A stretch of 49,335 nucleotides of DNA from Octopus bimaculoides (Eukaryota): NCBI RefSeq assembly GCF_001194135.2, contig NC_068986.1, forward strand, positions 51,897,740-51,947,074, written 5' to 3'. Below, one piece after another: positions 35,561 to 49,335 of this stretch; position 1 is the first letter of the stretch; every line of letters begins with the position of its first letter. The translations under genes and the position numbers were made by a program. The notes below the pieces were generated by a model that was not told where the DNA came from, searched no databases, and was given only the letters and a program-made list of their open reading frames with translations.

Positions 35561-36004
35561 TAAAATATCATAAAAATACAAAAAGGCAACAGACAACTAC
35601 TAATCACCAAGGCATGATCATATGGTGAAAATATTTAGCAGATATAACGCATTCTCATAAATGTTTATTAAGATAGTACTGGATGGAGAGATAACACCCG
35701 ATAAGTTCACCGAACTCTCAAGACTAAAGAAACGGTAAACCCTAAAATCTACAGATCTATAACACGCCGTTTTTCATCTTACAAAATTTTAATTGCAATA
35801 ATCTTGCAAAAATTTAAATGCAGAGGAAGAGTAAATAATTGTGAATCACCTGTTTATAAAACAAATGAGATGTTGCAATGACTCATGTCAATTACTGTTA
35901 AATAAAGCTGTATAAAAAAGAACAAGGTGTCTGAGGCTGGGATGGATAAACTAACATAAAGCTTTAAGCAGCATGCTCTTATGTGTATGCAGGAAGCACT
36001 TATA

Positions 36005-36853
36005 CGAGGGGAAGTCAAGAATTATCTGCACTTGCGCCATAACATATCTTTATTATTGTCACACTTCCCTCTGTGCATGCGTGCTTATAGTTGGTAGTAT
36101 TGTGGTCACGTGACCGAAGTTTAAACCGGATTGTGCCATTTTTCTTTGTGGCTTTATAGTGTAAGCACGGCTACTCCATTAGCGATGTACACTAAAGAAG
36201 AACAAAGAGCAGAACAGTTACAGGAGATGAAACGTGGGTCCATCATTATGAGGCAGAATCCAAAAGACAGAGTATGAAGTGGAACCATCGTGGCTCGCCA
36301 GCGACGAAGAAAGTCAAGACTCAGTCTTCCGCGGGAAAGGTGATGCTAACCCTCTTTTGGGATTCAAAAGGGCCGGCCTATACTAGTAGACTAGCTGGAA
36401 AAGGGGTGTGCGATCAACTGTGCAAGATACAAACTGAAGCCAGTAATTCGCACCAAACAGCGAAACCTCTTCTCGAAGAAAGTTTTGTTGTTGCATGACA
36501 ATGCACGCCCACACACGGCCACTCAGACCGTTGAAACCATTAACCAATTTTCTTTTGAGGTGTTAGAACACCCTGCCTACAGCTCAGATTTGGACCACTT
36601 CCGACTATCATATCCTTGGACCATTCCAAGATGGTTTACGAGGTGGTCGACTTGCTGCGGATGAAGATGCGAAGGAAGCAGTGCATAAATGGTTGCAAGA
36701 CCAACTGAACACATTCTTCTTGGAGAGAATACGCACGCTTGTGGAATGCTGGACCAAGTGCATCGAAAGGGAAGGAGACTATATAGAAAAATGACGTACT
36801 TGCTTATCCCCTGCTTTTGTGTATCTATCTTAAAAAAACAAGACTCTCCCTCG
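36005..36853 (+). mobile_element. Internally deleted mariner with both TIRs and TA TSD
   Basis: ta|cgaggggaagtc...gactctccctcg|ta. Coding relics: WVHHYEAESKRQSMKW, SAGKVMLTLFWDSKG, LLHDNARPHT, HPAYSSDL, WTKCIEREGDYIEK*. N-terminal half missing. Confidence 0.92.
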
Positions 36854-37139
36854 TAATAATCAAATACATAGACAAAAGAGGGAATGAAAACTACCTTCAT
36901 AGGGGTAGGGTCTATTCCCAAAAGTCACACCCTCTGCCCATGTCTGTTTCTCCCTCCCTTCCTTCTTTCTCCCCCCTCTCTCTCACCACACAATCTTTGG
37001 CTGAGGCTAAAGCATTTAAAGAATATATCAAAGTAGACTGGACTTGGATATAAATGCTATGTGAGGATAAATACACGTTCCTTTACATATACAGACGCCT
37101 TCCGATATATACGGAAGCCACAGATGCTATACAAATACT

Positions 37140-37345
37140 AATCTTGTACCTATTATCTTTATCTTTTACTTGTTTCAGTCATTTGACTGCGGCCATGCTT
37201 GGACATCGCCTTGAAGGATTTTAATCGAACAAATCGAACCTAGGACCCATTTTTGCTAAAGCTTAATACTTATTCTATCGTTACCCTTTCGTCGAACCGC
37301 TAAGTTACGGTTACATAAACACGGCAGCACCAATGATAGTAGTTG
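37140..37345 (-). mobile_element. SINE family A, 3' part
   Basis: tcttttacttgtttcagtcatttgactgcggccatgc...gaaccgctaagttacgg. Confidence 0.85.
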
Positions 37346-38051
37346 TAACATCAACTTTGGTGAGACACGGTACGGCACGCTTCTGTCAAATAAATTGGTT
37401 TTGGTAGTTTTATGGCTACACACAAGACGATGAAAAGAATCGCCTTCATCATGATCATGATTATCACCGACGTCTTTGCTATTGACATCACTAGAATCAT
37501 CGTCGTCGTCATCACCCTCCTCCCCCTCCTCCNNNNNNNNNNNNNNNNNNNNNNNNNNNNNNNNNNNNNNNNNNNNNNNNNNNNNNNNNNNNNNNNNNNN
37601 NNNNNNNNNNNNNNNNNNNNNNNNNNNNNNNNNNNNNNNNNNNNNNNNNNNNNNNNNNNNNNNNNNNNNNNNNNNNNNNNNNNNNNNNNNNNNNNNNNNN
37701 NNNNNNNNNNNNNNNNNNNNNNNNNNNNNNNNNNNNNNNNNNNNNNNNNNNNNNNNNNNNNNNNNNNNNNNNNNNNNNNNNNNNNNNNNNNNNNNNNNNN
37801 NNNNNNNNNNNNNNNNNNNNNNNNNNNNNNNNNNNNNNNNNNNNNNNNNNNNNNNNNNNNNNNNNNNNNNNNNNNNNNNNNNNNNNNNNNNNNNNNNNNN
37901 NNNNNNNNNNNNNNNNNNNNNNNNNNNNNNNNNNNNNNNNNNNNNNNNNNNNNNNNNNNNNNNNNNNNNNNNNNNNNNNNNNNNNNNNNNNNNNNNNNNN
38001 NNNNNNNNNNNNNNNNNNNNNNNNNNNNNNNNNNNNNNNNNNNNNNNNNNN

Positions 38052-38122
38052 CTCCGCGTCCTCCTCCTCGTCCTAGTCCTCGTCTTCCTCGGCCTCCTCC
38101 TCCGCGTCCTCCTCCTAGTCCT

Positions 38123-38177
<55 letters not shown>

Positions 38178-38205
38178 CTCCTCCTCCTCCTCCTCCTCCT
38201 CATCA
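38052..38205. repeat. (CCT)n-derived repeat with a 12-bp CTCGGCCTCCTC unit
   Basis: Directly visible next to a gap; the far side of the gap (37500-37532) is also GTC/CCT-rich. Confidence 0.85.
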
Positions 38206-38343
38206 TGAGCAACAGCAGCAATAGCTGCCGCAGCAGTGGTGGCGTCTGTTTCTCCACCTTCATAGACAACTTGAAACATCATGAGACACAGGCATCCGGT
38301 ATTACGTGCCTTGTATGATGATGATGACGACGACGACGACGAC

Positions 38344-38378
<35 letters not shown>

Positions 38379-38757
38379 CCATCGATGGCTTGAAGCAAAA
38401 ATATGAAAGATAGGACATCTGCTATAATGTGTCTAGCTCAGGCTTGTAGATGATTGGTTCGGTTATTGTTTTTATCTTTGTCCGCCTAGTCACGTCAACT
38501 GTAATCGTTGTGTTTTGATGGCTCTTAGGCTAGATTTTGAATATCTGAATGTAAAATAGATTAAAGATAAATAGGTAATATACTGTGAGACAGTTAGACA
38601 GGGAAACACACACATACACGCACACAAACACACACACAAGAGACAAAGTGAAAACGGGAAGGCGTGAGTGAACTTTAGAGTAAGAGGGCAAGGGAGAGAG
38701 AAAGAGGAAGGGAGGGATGGAGGGAGGGATCTAGAGAGAGAAAGCGGAAGAGAAGGC

Positions 38758-38802
<45 letters not shown>

Positions 38803-40354
38803 CCACATACATATGTATAATTGTTGAACAAGACAGCAAATATTAAGGCAAGCCAAACATCTCAAGTCGTATACAATATTACTATAGGAAGAAATTCAAA
38901 ATGTTACAGCTGTTTCTGGGGTATCCCCGTGTGTGGGATATGACGTTATCAGACACAAATAGGGGGAAAATAGGAAGCCCCAGTAATCCGTTACACCACT
39001 TACCTAGCGTACCTAATCGTTTAGATCACCTGTGAACTACACCCCTATACCTCGAACGCACAAGAGTAAACAAGAGAGACAGAGACTGGCAGAAACAAGG
39101 AAAATGCCCCTTGTGTTTGAATACTGTGCAAATATTCTTTTCAAAACTTTTCATTTAGTTTTTCCAAAATTTAATTGTTTTCCATACTTAGAGTTGAAAA
39201 AGTCTCAATGACTGAAACCGGTACTAAAATGTATTTTATAAAATCATTTTAGCATTTTCTACCTTGACTTTTTTTCCATATATATANNNNNNNNNNNNNN
39301 NNNNNNNNNNNNNNNNNNNNNNNNNNNNNNNNNNNNNNNNNNNNNNNNNNNNNNNNNNNNNNNNNNNNNNNNNNNNNNNNNNNNNNNNNNNNNNNNNNNN
39401 NNNNNNNNNNNNNNNNNNNNNNNNNNNNNNNNNNNNNNNNNNNNNNNNNNNNNNNNNNNNNNNNNNNNNNNNNNNNNNNNNNNNNNNNNNNNNNNNNNNN
39501 NNNNNNNNNNNNNNNNNNNNNNNNNNNNNNNNNNNNNNNNNNNNNNNNNNNNNNNNNNNNNNNNNNNNNNNNNNNNNNNNNNNNNNNNNNNNNNNNNNNN
39601 NNNNNNNNNNNNNNNNNNNNNNNNNNNNNNNNNNNNNNNNNNNNNNNNNNNNNNNNNNNNNNNNNNNNNNNNNNNNNNNNNNNNNNNNNNNNNNNNNNNN
39701 NNNNNNNNNNNNNNNNNNNNNNNNNNNNNNNNNNNNNNNNNNNNNNNNNNNNNNNNNNNNNNNNNNNNNNNNNNNNNNNNNNNNNNNNNNNNNNNNNNNN
39801 NNNNNNNNNNNNNNNNNNNNNNNNNNNNNNNNNNNNNNNNNNNNNNNNNNNNNNNNNNNNNNNNNNNNNNNNNNNNNNNNNNNNNNNNNNNNNNNNNNNN
39901 NNNNNNNNNNNNNNNNNNNNNNNNNNNNNNNNNNNNNNNNNNNNNNNNNNNNNNNNNNNNNNNNNNNNNNNNNNNNNNNNNNNNNNNNNNNNNNNNNNNN
40001 NNNNNNNNNNNNNNNNNNNNNNNNNNNNNNNNNNNNNNNNNNNNNNNNNNNNNNNNNNNNNNNNNNNNNNNNNNNNNNNNNNNNNNNNNNNNNNNNNNNN
40101 NNNNNNNNNNNNNNNNNNNNNNNNNNNNNNNNNNTATATATATATATATATATATATATATGAAGAGAGTGAAAGAGAGAGAATGAGAGAATGAGAGAAA
40201 AGAGCAATATGACAGTAAGTAACAAGTGAGACTTACCGCATGGGAAGTAGAAATTTATTAAAGAAAGATATCGTGAGACTGCGAGAGATAATGAAAAGTT
40301 ATTTTAGCATGTGTACATTATTCATGTTTCATTTCTTTTAAGTCATTGTGTATA

Positions 40355-40510
40355 GCTAGATGGTTAAGAAGTCCGTTTCACAACCGCAAGGTTCCGAGTT
40401 CGATTCCCAGTTTGTGGCATCATGGGCAAATGTTTTCTTCTATAACTTCGGTTTGGCCCAAATTTAAATGGAAGTAGGTAGTCGTAAACCGTGTAGCAGC
40501 TCGTCAGTTG
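40355..40510 (+). mobile_element. SINE head (family A-related)
   Basis: tagatggttaagaag...gagttcgattccc...tgggcaaatgttttcttctataac. Confidence 0.6.
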
Positions 40511-41479
40511 GATTGTGTTTGACATTTAAAAGGTCAGCCTTGTTAAACTGCGTAATGTTGATTCCGCCGGAACCTTAGGTCAAGGAACATATGTCGCGAG
40601 AATGTTCTCCCCCTTATATGGCAATCTAAAGAGTATGTAGGTGATCGAATAACTGAATACACATCGTTTATTCGTTGGAGTTCGATTATGTGTGTGTATG
40701 TATGTGTGTGTGTGTGTGTGTGTGTGTTTGTATTAACGTCAGAAGCAGTCTTTGTAATATTAATTTGTACATCCAATTAACCAAATTGATTTGGATGCGT
40801 TGTTTTAAACGCCATAAGGTGCAATATTCGTCTTATGAAAACATCTAGTATAGACGTTAGGTGCTAAATAGCACAGATTATATCTGCAGACGAAACTGAG
40901 TCAGCACCAGCAGATAGCGCTATAGTATAACGTGATTTCGGCGTTTTGCGATAATTATTAATGTAGACGAACATGGTATATCTTGGAAGTAAAGCAGGAA
41001 AGAAAGACAATTCCGTATAAAGCAGCAGGAGATCGCTTTAATTTTCATATTGTTGTTAGGAGGAAAGGTCACCAGAAACCTGTAACATAAGCCATTGATT
41101 ATTCGTCATCTTGATATTCAAAGGGCAATGAAAGGCTTCGCCAAATCTAGTTGATATGTCATTTGGAAATCTAATAGAAAAGTTTGGATTACACACGACT
41201 CATTTGTAAGGCATATTATCTTAAGAAACTGCTATGCCGGCTGAGTACAGCAATGGATGATAAAGTATCTGGAAATATAATTTTATGCAAACAGTAACAA
41301 TTATTAAAGATGTCATGGAAGAGGTTATGCATGCGTATCTCTCTGGGGTGTGGAAAAACTTGTGTTCAAATATATCCAAGGAAAATCATTGCATTGATGC
41401 TGTGGTGTTGAGGATGAAATTGACTTAAAGAGCAATATCTTTGTACAAGAGATGTAGGAATAGGAATTTAGTTAAGCTG

Positions 41480-41600
41480 ATGTTGACTATATTCAGAAAT
41501 TATTGCATACTGATAATGGAATTCTCACCAATAAAGACTTTAAGAAGTTTACAGAACCGCATTGATACAGTTCAGAAAGTGAAACAGAGATTCCTCGATA
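41480..41600 (+). mobile_element. Possible retroviral-type integrase relic
   Basis: LLHTDNGILTNKDFKKFTE resembles the rve-core L.TDNG.EF...F..F motif; surrounding frames are closed. Confidence 0.3.
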
Positions 41601-42072
41601 TCCATTTTTAATAACATAGATCTTATCCAAATACTCTAGTGAAATAACTTATTCTTTAGAGCGACTTTCAGAAAATTACTAAAATCAGAAATGAAGTATA
41701 ACAGTTAAAAGATCCGTATTGGTAACCATTAACTGTCATAAAGAGGAATTAAAGCTCCATAAGATATCGTGATGCACTTTGTTTTTGCATTTTTACTATA
41801 TCTTTGTTCATTTTCTCCCTATATATGCAGAAGTATCATAGATCTAATATATTTCTAAACAAGTGGATATCTCTTTTAATAATGAAAACAGATAGATCAA
41901 CATAATAACTGTTTTAGCTTCCTCTAACGGTAAAGTTTCTGATAGCGAAATAAGATGTGGAACATATTCAACTATAGTAATAGAGGCATTGGTGTAGCTT
42001 TTTTACACACACACACATACATACATACATAATACATACATACATACATACGTACATACATACATACATACA

Positions 42073-42102
<30 letters not shown>

Positions 42103-42104
<2 letters not shown>

Positions 42105-43050
42105 ATGGTACTGACCACCGCTGGCAACTTCCACATTAACAGCGACACCGATTTAAGTAGGACGAAGTGATGGCGATAGAGGCGTAAGGTCAGTCCAAAC
42201 AGCTTTCGAATGTCACATTGTATCTCTCAGACAGCATCTGATGCACACTTAAAAAAGAAATAAGTGCATCCCATGCATACTCAAAAGTGAGTGCAACATT
42301 TTCAGAGTTGGAGAAGAACTGTTCAGGTACACTGAAAATACAACTATCTCTTGCGACCCGAAGATACTGGCCTACCCAAACAGAAGCTTGGAGCAGAGGA
42401 AGGCACCATACCTGCAAAAGCAATGCGTCAATGTATGGATACATAACCCGTAAGCTATAGGGCAACAACAGCATTGATACGAAGAGTAGCTTCTCCTGGA
42501 TCTGTGATAGATACATTACATCCCACCTAGAATGATATAACTTCGCTTTTCACAAACAAGATATAGTTGCAAAGATTATTTACAACGCTAGCCGAAGGAA
42601 GCACAAACCTGATGTATATATCAAAGCATGTCAGAAACAGCAGGTATTCAAGACTTTGAAAATAAGGAATATTGGTAGAACACCCTGATAAAAGCATCAA
42701 TTCGATGGTACAAACATAAGAGGCCTGATATTTTTCAGTAGGACAGGGAACAAAGTCATACACTGTTCTCGAGGTCAGCTGCCTAAGAAAAAGAAAACAT
42801 TTATGGCGAAGTAATGCGGAAATTGTAGCTCTCGTACCCTGACTATGAAGTCTTATTTGTACTTTTTATCATAGGTGTATTAGGTTACGTACCAACAAAT
42901 TTACACAAAACAGTAGAAATACTCGGTTCACGGAGAAAGGGCAAAAGAAAGTAATGTGGTTTCTCCAAATCCAATCAATTAGTGGTACAGTAGAGATTTG
43001 TATGACATTTCAAAATTTCTCCATCAAAGATTCTCATGTAAAAAGATGCT
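42103..43050 (+). mobile_element. R4/Dong-group RLE LINE, 3' third, decayed (different family from 17545)
   Basis: VLTTAGNFHINSD, VQTAFECHIVSLRQHL, MYGYITRKL, ITSHLE, DIVAKIIYN, KHKRPDI, EKENIYG, YPDY...IIGVLGYVPTNL in order. Confidence 0.85.
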
Positions 43051-43195
43051 CACACTTGGGTGTATGCATTCAAGTTCAACCAAGACACCAACTCAATCGC
43101 ATATTTACAAACACCAGGAATTCTTAAAATAACTTGTCGCTTTGTTAGCGACCGGCTTCAATTGTGTTAACTTAAATAAAACTCAAAGAAAAGTG

Positions 43196-43345
<150 letters not shown>

Positions 43346-43964
43346 AGAGGGGGAAATGGATGGAAAACAATCAAAATAAGACCTATGTTGATAAAGAAAT
43401 GCAAAGATTATAAAAAATGGAAAGCGGTGGAGGGGAGTAAAATGTGAAGGTGGATGAGGGAAAAGTAAATGTTGACGACTGCTAGGATTACTGAGAAAAA
43501 TTGTGCAGAACTGAAGTTAAAAGATGCCGAATATTCCTTAATAATAGCAATATTGTTCAACATTCGGGAGGGAGTGATACCGACGGAAGAGACTGAAATC
43601 ACTGAGGTCTTCAATCGACAGTTAATGGAGGGAATATCCTGCAGTGCAACATTCTTTAAATACGTCTTGAGATGGGAATTAAAGGATTATGAGAATAAAA
43701 ACATAACATAATTTCCTGCATTAAGAGTGCTTCTGTTAATTCGTCAGTCCTGAAACTTCAAATAATAGTGAGCCGGCGAGGATGTATTTAAGCAATCATT
43801 CAACTGTTAAACATATCAGCCAATTTCTCCCCCAAATTAAACTCTACCGTATTAAAAGTGTTGACTTTGAATAAGGTCATAGATATACAGTGTCTAAAAC
43901 GGAAATGGGATTGTCATGGCTGGACGGCTGGGTCAAGTTGATCGATATTCAGTTAGTAATATGT

Positions 43965-44165
43965 TACATTAGCAAGATGTGATAGCACGCCGGGAAAAAT
44001 GCTGAGAGACATTTCGTACGGCTTTACTTCTGAGTTCAAATTCCGACGAGGCTGCATTTACTTTTCATCCTCTCGGGATCGATAAAATAAGTTCCAGTTC
44101 AGCAGCGGAGTCGATGTAATCAACTTACTCGAAACTATTGGCCTTGTACCAAAATTTGAAACCAA
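43965..44165 (+). mobile_element. SINE family B
   Basis: tagcacgccgggaaaaatgctgagag...ttctgagttcaaattccg...gtcgatgtaatc...ggccttgtaccaaaatttgaaacc. Confidence 0.85.
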
Positions 44166-44834
44166 TATGTTATATTGACAAATATTTGTTGAGGAGAGTT
44201 ATTTATTACTGCTGAAAGGCTGACATCACATACTTGGTGGTTCTTGTATCTCGTCACAAGAGGGATAAAAACTTTTGAAAATAGACGCTCTGCCTGGATA
44301 ACAGTTGGAACGGTCATGACAGGAACACTTTCGATCACAGGTCTGCACTATCAGATTCGACCTGGTACTAAACAATGTCTATATCAGAAATGCTGAAACT
44401 GAAAGCAGTCAACTAGTAAGTGACTGTTACTTATTCAACATAGTTTCCAGTAAGATAAAAATAAAGTTGTGTACCAAATCACTAACTTGGTGTGGAGTAG
44501 CACCTGTCACTGTTTGTAAAAATCTAATTGATTGTAGTACTTTTATAACCCATCAATGAGGCATGCTATAAAAAAATATCTAGTAAGTTCCTTCTTTTCT
44601 TTAATATTTGTTCCTGTTTAATTTAATAAGTAGCCGCTCTGTAGAAGCATGTAATTTCTTTTCTTCTGGCTTGCTCAGGGATTATAAAATTACCAGTGAT
44701 ACAATAATGCTGTAAGAAGAGATTGGAGCACCAATGCAACTGATACATGATGTTCTGACAAGCTACAGCGTGGTATTATTTAGCATAAGGACCTTGATTA
44801 GTTTTTGGAATGAGAAGTTTAATCACAGCTGACA

Positions 44835-45011
44835 ACCGTTTAGGCATTTTAGGATGCTGAAAAGTTCTTTTACAGGGCTTAGAAAAACTGAAGGACCGCT
44901 GCAATCAGTGTGTGAATCTGGAAGTGGGGAATATGTTGAATAGGATCATAATTAACTGATCCTCCTGTATTTTCTTTTACCCAGAGCCAAGTACATTTTG
45001 GCACACTTTTG
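44835..45011 (+). mobile_element. Mariner 3' end remnant (same family as 2480-2650)
   Basis: cagggcttagaaaaactgaaggaccgctgcaat...gaatatgttgaata, TIR, then TA. Confidence 0.75.
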
Positions 45012-45029
45012 TATAACGTAACCTTGAAT

Positions 45030-45500
45030 CTCTTTCTGTAGTTTTATCAAATCATAACAATAAATTTCACATTTTTGATTTAGTATCCTGTTAAGACACC
45101 TGCGCCTATCTGGTGATTAGTTTTCCATGAGACTATTTATCTTACCATACAGTTAATTTCATGCTTGCAACAGTCCTCTAGTTCTTCCAACCATTTCGCT
45201 TGCATGTTGAACTTATCGTTTTCCCCCTATAGATCACCAACAAGTTACAAATTGTTCTCGGATGAGGTGTCTCTTACAGATGTTGTGCACATTATGTTAG
45301 ACTTAATTGGGATTTCTGGAAAGCAGTATTGGCGCTTAGAATGCATAGATTTAGATTTATGTTTTAGTAATCCGAGTATATGCAATTGAAGGTGTATTAA
45401 ATTAAAATAATCGACTATATATCATCAGTGAAATTTCATTCTCTTTTTTCTATACCAAGACGACGAATTCTCATCCAAGCATATGTCAAGCTACAAGTAC
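45030..45500 (-). mobile_element. Probable R4/Dong-like LINE relic
   Basis: MRIRRLGIEKR and GENDKFNMQAKWLEELE resemble R4/Dong pre-RT motifs. It may extend to about 46440, but this is not demonstrable. Confidence 0.4.
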
Positions 45501-46936
45501 ACATCATTGAATAGATCCTCTGACATTAACTGTGTTGTAATATAGCACGTTCATAAAAGATCTCGGCACAAACACCGCGGTAACAAACCTACCGACAATG
45601 TATATACATTAAATAGGGTACATAGATGGCGATTATCTTTTAGTATTTCAGCTGTGACTGTCAGTCGTTTTCTCAATTGACGACGTAATCTAGAGTTTAA
45701 GGTTTCAATTTTTCTGTCACCAAACTGCTTTTCTAATTAATTTCTGTTGTTCATATTTCTAACATTTGTGAATCTATTTGACTGTATTATATTTCATAAC
45801 GACAAAAATCTCTGAAATGTTTCTTCCTAAAAATAGAATTTTATATTTCAGTTTTCTTGCCAACATGTTCAGCATGGATATTTACTTTTATCTTGGTTGC
45901 GTGGTTTCAGCTCATTGATATGAGTTAGTAATGCAAATGCTGTCAAATGCATCAAGACGATTTGGAGTCTAAATGTGGGTTTTATAGGTCTCTTATATAA
46001 CTTTTATACAATTTCTCCCATTTCATTTACTATATCCAATTCATCACCGAAAACACTTTCCACCCCACTAAATGATATTATTTTGAATAGTTTGTCAATG
46101 CTTTGTATCTGTTACAACATATCGTCATAGGGAGATCTTTGTGGGAGATCTTGATATTTTTATGTTTGTTTAACTAATATTTCATTTTCATTTAAACTGT
46201 CATTAACCATGAGAAAATGTCTATTGTAACAAAGTGCTACCTTCAAGGCTTCTTTCCTTTCTAACTTCCTTCATTCTTTCATTCTTTTATTCCTTCCACC
46301 ATTTCGTTCTTCTGCTCTAAACTCTTGCTGGAATTGTAGGGCTGTTGTTAAAACAAACGGCCAATGAGTAGCAAAACTATTAACAAATGAAACAACGACA
46401 GCCGAAGCCACGGTCTTAACAAAGAAGCATTAAAGAAATTGGGCTGTTAAAATGATAGCGTGGAATAAAAGTACCAATTTAAATTGTTTATATTAGAAAG
46501 ATAAATAATTGGAAACATTATAAGACCAATTTACACTGAGGGTTGTTGTGACCACGTGAGAAAAGAAATGTCGTTGTGACATGGGAGAACAGAAAGAAAA
46601 GGAAACGACTATTATATAAATTATATACATACATAACATGTAAGTATGTATGCATATATATATATATATATATAATACAAAGAATATATATGCATGTATA
46701 CACACATATATGTACATACTTACATCTACATGTGTATATAGATGCATATCAGAGTACAGGACGTTAGAACAATGAACTACAGACCACGGAAAGAACACAT
46801 AGGAAAACAGATAGCCACTTGGAATTAATCCTTCGTCAGCTGCCTCTATTCTAACTAGACGTTTCGATATATAGATATATAGATATATAGATACATAGAT
46901 ACATAGATAGACAGACAGATAGATAGATAGACAGAC

Positions 46937-46982
<46 letters not shown>

Positions 46983-46984
46983 GG

Positions 46985-47889
46985 CCGATCTATGGAATTA
47001 TCCTGGGTGTCACCTCCATAAAGCGCTTAACTTTACAGCCTATCATTAGGCCTTAAACCTGGTAGGGTGTGGATCCCAGCACGCCAGCAGGAATTTCCTG
47101 AAGTGCAGGCAGGGAAGGGAGACAATCTACTTTTGTTGACAGAGTAACGAAGTCTTTTCCTCCTCCATTTTCTAGAGAGGCCATAGGCCAACAGGTTTAG
47201 GGTCTACGTAACACGGGCAACGTTATGACCTCCATAGCTATCTGCGGTGGCCTTTCGGGATCCCGGGTGCAGGTCAAAGTTACTCCCTTATGGTGCTTTT
47301 CCAACACCTTCTCCACCTCTCCGCCTCTGTAGAAGAAGACGAATAGTTCGTCTTTCTTCGGGGACGAGGTACTCACTTCTACCGTCGGCGGCACAATTTC
47401 CACCGACGGCGGCTCTTCCACCGCCGGTGGCACAACCCCCACCAACGAGGTTCCGGGACATTCTGGTACTATGGCACCGACTGTCGGCAATGTCCCGTTT
47501 CTCTTCCTTTTCCTCTTTTTGTTCTCAGCTGAGGGAGGGTGCGTCTTCTCCGTGACGGGGAGATTCACCTTCCCTCCCTCATCCCTAGGATCCTTCGGTG
47601 AGCACCCATTGTTGCTCACCTTCTCCCTCTTGCGGCCCTTCTTTGAGGAGTCCTCCGCCTCCTCGGCCGCCTTCGTTCCGTTTTCTACAGAGGTCTCAAC
47701 CAACTGTTCTAGGACCTTAATTTTTCCTGGGGATAGTTTTTCTTTATATAGCCAGGCTCCAGGCACCGATGACACCTGAGGAGGCGCCCCTCAAGAATCA
47801 CCGTATACCTAGAACCAGCCATTAAAAAAAAAAAAAAGGAAATATCAGATTCTTGGCTGATTGGGTCCACAGGGTCAAAATCGCTTTTG
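46985..47889 (-). mobile_element. Tx1/L1-like LINE: ORF1 C-terminal half and probable ORF2 start
   Basis: VILEGRLLRCHRCLEPGYIKKNYP knuckle, Lys/Glu/Pro-rich linker, LFVFFYRGGEVEKVL, then MIGC.. resembling an APE start. Truncated at (TAGA)n. Confidence 0.7.
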
Positions 47890-49204
47890 NNNNNNNNNNN
47901 NNNNNNNNNNNNNNNNNNNNNNNNNNNNNNNNNNNNNNNNNNNNNNNNNNNNNNNNNNNNNNNNNNNNNNNNNNNNNNNNNNNNNNNNNNNNNNNNNNNN
48001 NNNNNNNNNNNNNNNNNNNNNNNNNNNNNNNNNNNNNNNNNNNNNNNNNNNNNNNNNNNNNNNNNNNNNNNNNNNNNNNNNNNNNNNNNNNNNNNNNNNN
48101 NNNNNNNNNNNNNNNNNNNNNNNNNNNNNNNNNNNNNNNNNNNNNNNNNNNNNNNNNNNNNNNNNNNNNNNNNNNNNNNNNNNNNNNNNNNNNNNNNNNN
48201 NNNNNNNNNNNNNNNNNNNNNNNNNNNNNNNNNNNNNNNNNNNNNNNNNNNNNNNNNNNNNNNNNNNNNNNNNNNNNNNNNNNNNNNNNNNNNNNNNNNN
48301 NNNNNNNNNNNNNNNNNNNNNNNNNNNNNNNNNNNNNNNNNNNNNNNNNNNNNNNNNNNNNNNNNNNNNNNNNNNNNNNNNNNNNNNNNNNNNNNNNNNN
48401 NNNNNNNNNNNNNNNNNNNNNNNNNNNNNNNNNNNNNNNNNNNNNNNNNNNNNNNNNNNNNNNNNNNNNNNNNNNGATGGAAGAAAGAAAGAAAGAAAAC
48501 AGTTCAACAGTTCAAAAAGCACAGCAGACATAAATTCTCCGGCCACTAGGTAATCCAGGCCTGTTTGTAATCCAAATCGAAACCGGACGCACCTTCCACA
48601 AATTTCACAAAAATTGGTGTAGAAGTTCAACTGTTTTTGGAGGCGAGATACGCCCCCAAAACAACAATTCTCACAATTAAGTAAGAAAAACTATTCACTT
48701 AAAGTGAACAAATTTTGCCCAACTGCAGGCAGACCAGAGTACAGAATCCAGTAAGGACTTCTTGCTCTAGCATGGCCGCACTCAAATGACTTATGCAAGT
48801 AACAGGATAAAAGAATAGCTAGAATGCTTTGACCATAAGCCAGCTCTTACTTAGAGTTGACATTAGCTTATAAGGAATAACAACAATACTCTGCTCAATC
48901 CTTATCGAAGACAATTGTATCTATATGGAGCTCTCATAGATATTAAATGAATTTCTGAGAAACATCTAAATCTACGGCAATTCGAATTGTATATAAATAA
49001 CACTTGTCTAACATCAATAAATTATTTGATCTTTCAACTTATCAAAGTCCTTATTTAAGAACTTTTGTAAATATACAGCTGCTTTCTTCGGACTGTTGAG
49101 CTAGAATAGAAATTTGAAGTCAAAGAGAAAGGGGCTGTAGGACGACGATGTAATTGCTATTAAAATATTAATGTTATGTGGGGAAACTTAGATAAAGAGT
49201 GGGC

Positions 49205-49205
<1 letters not shown>

Positions 49206-49268
<63 letters not shown>

Positions 49269-49330
49269 GTCTGTCTGTCTGCATATCTGCATATCTGCCT
49301 GTCTATCTACCTGCCTGTCTGTCTGCCTCT
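49206..49330. repeat. (TCTA)n/(TCTG)n microsatellite
   Basis: Directly visible. Confidence 0.95.
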
Positions 49331-49335
49331 TTAGT

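Noticed and set aside
37256-38318. Poly-Arg/Pro/Leu ORFs
   Set aside because: CCT-repeat plus gap artefacts in several frames; no unique coding content.

Overview
Eukaryotic, AT-rich, non-coding DNA with 11 N-gaps and very dense microsatellites. The SINE families and repeat spectrum resemble an Octopus (coleoid cephalopod) draft assembly; this is inferred from family resemblance, not from a search. The window is essentially a nested retroelement graveyard. It holds fragments of Tx1/L1-like, RTE, HERO and R4/Dong LINEs, three Penelope-like elements from two lineages with hammerhead-ribozyme relics, four mariner remnants, a solo LTR and more than 20 SINE copies. No host gene can be identified with confidence; two weak exon candidates are flagged. 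Most ORFs in the supplied track are microsatellite or N-gap artefacts. I found no convincing new biological system. The best-supported oddities are mechanistic: a twin-priming-type 5' inversion in an RTE element, an RTE insertion with a perfect 20-bp TSD, a solo LTR with a 5-bp TSD inside a SINE, and a near-perfect SINE fold-back hairpin.
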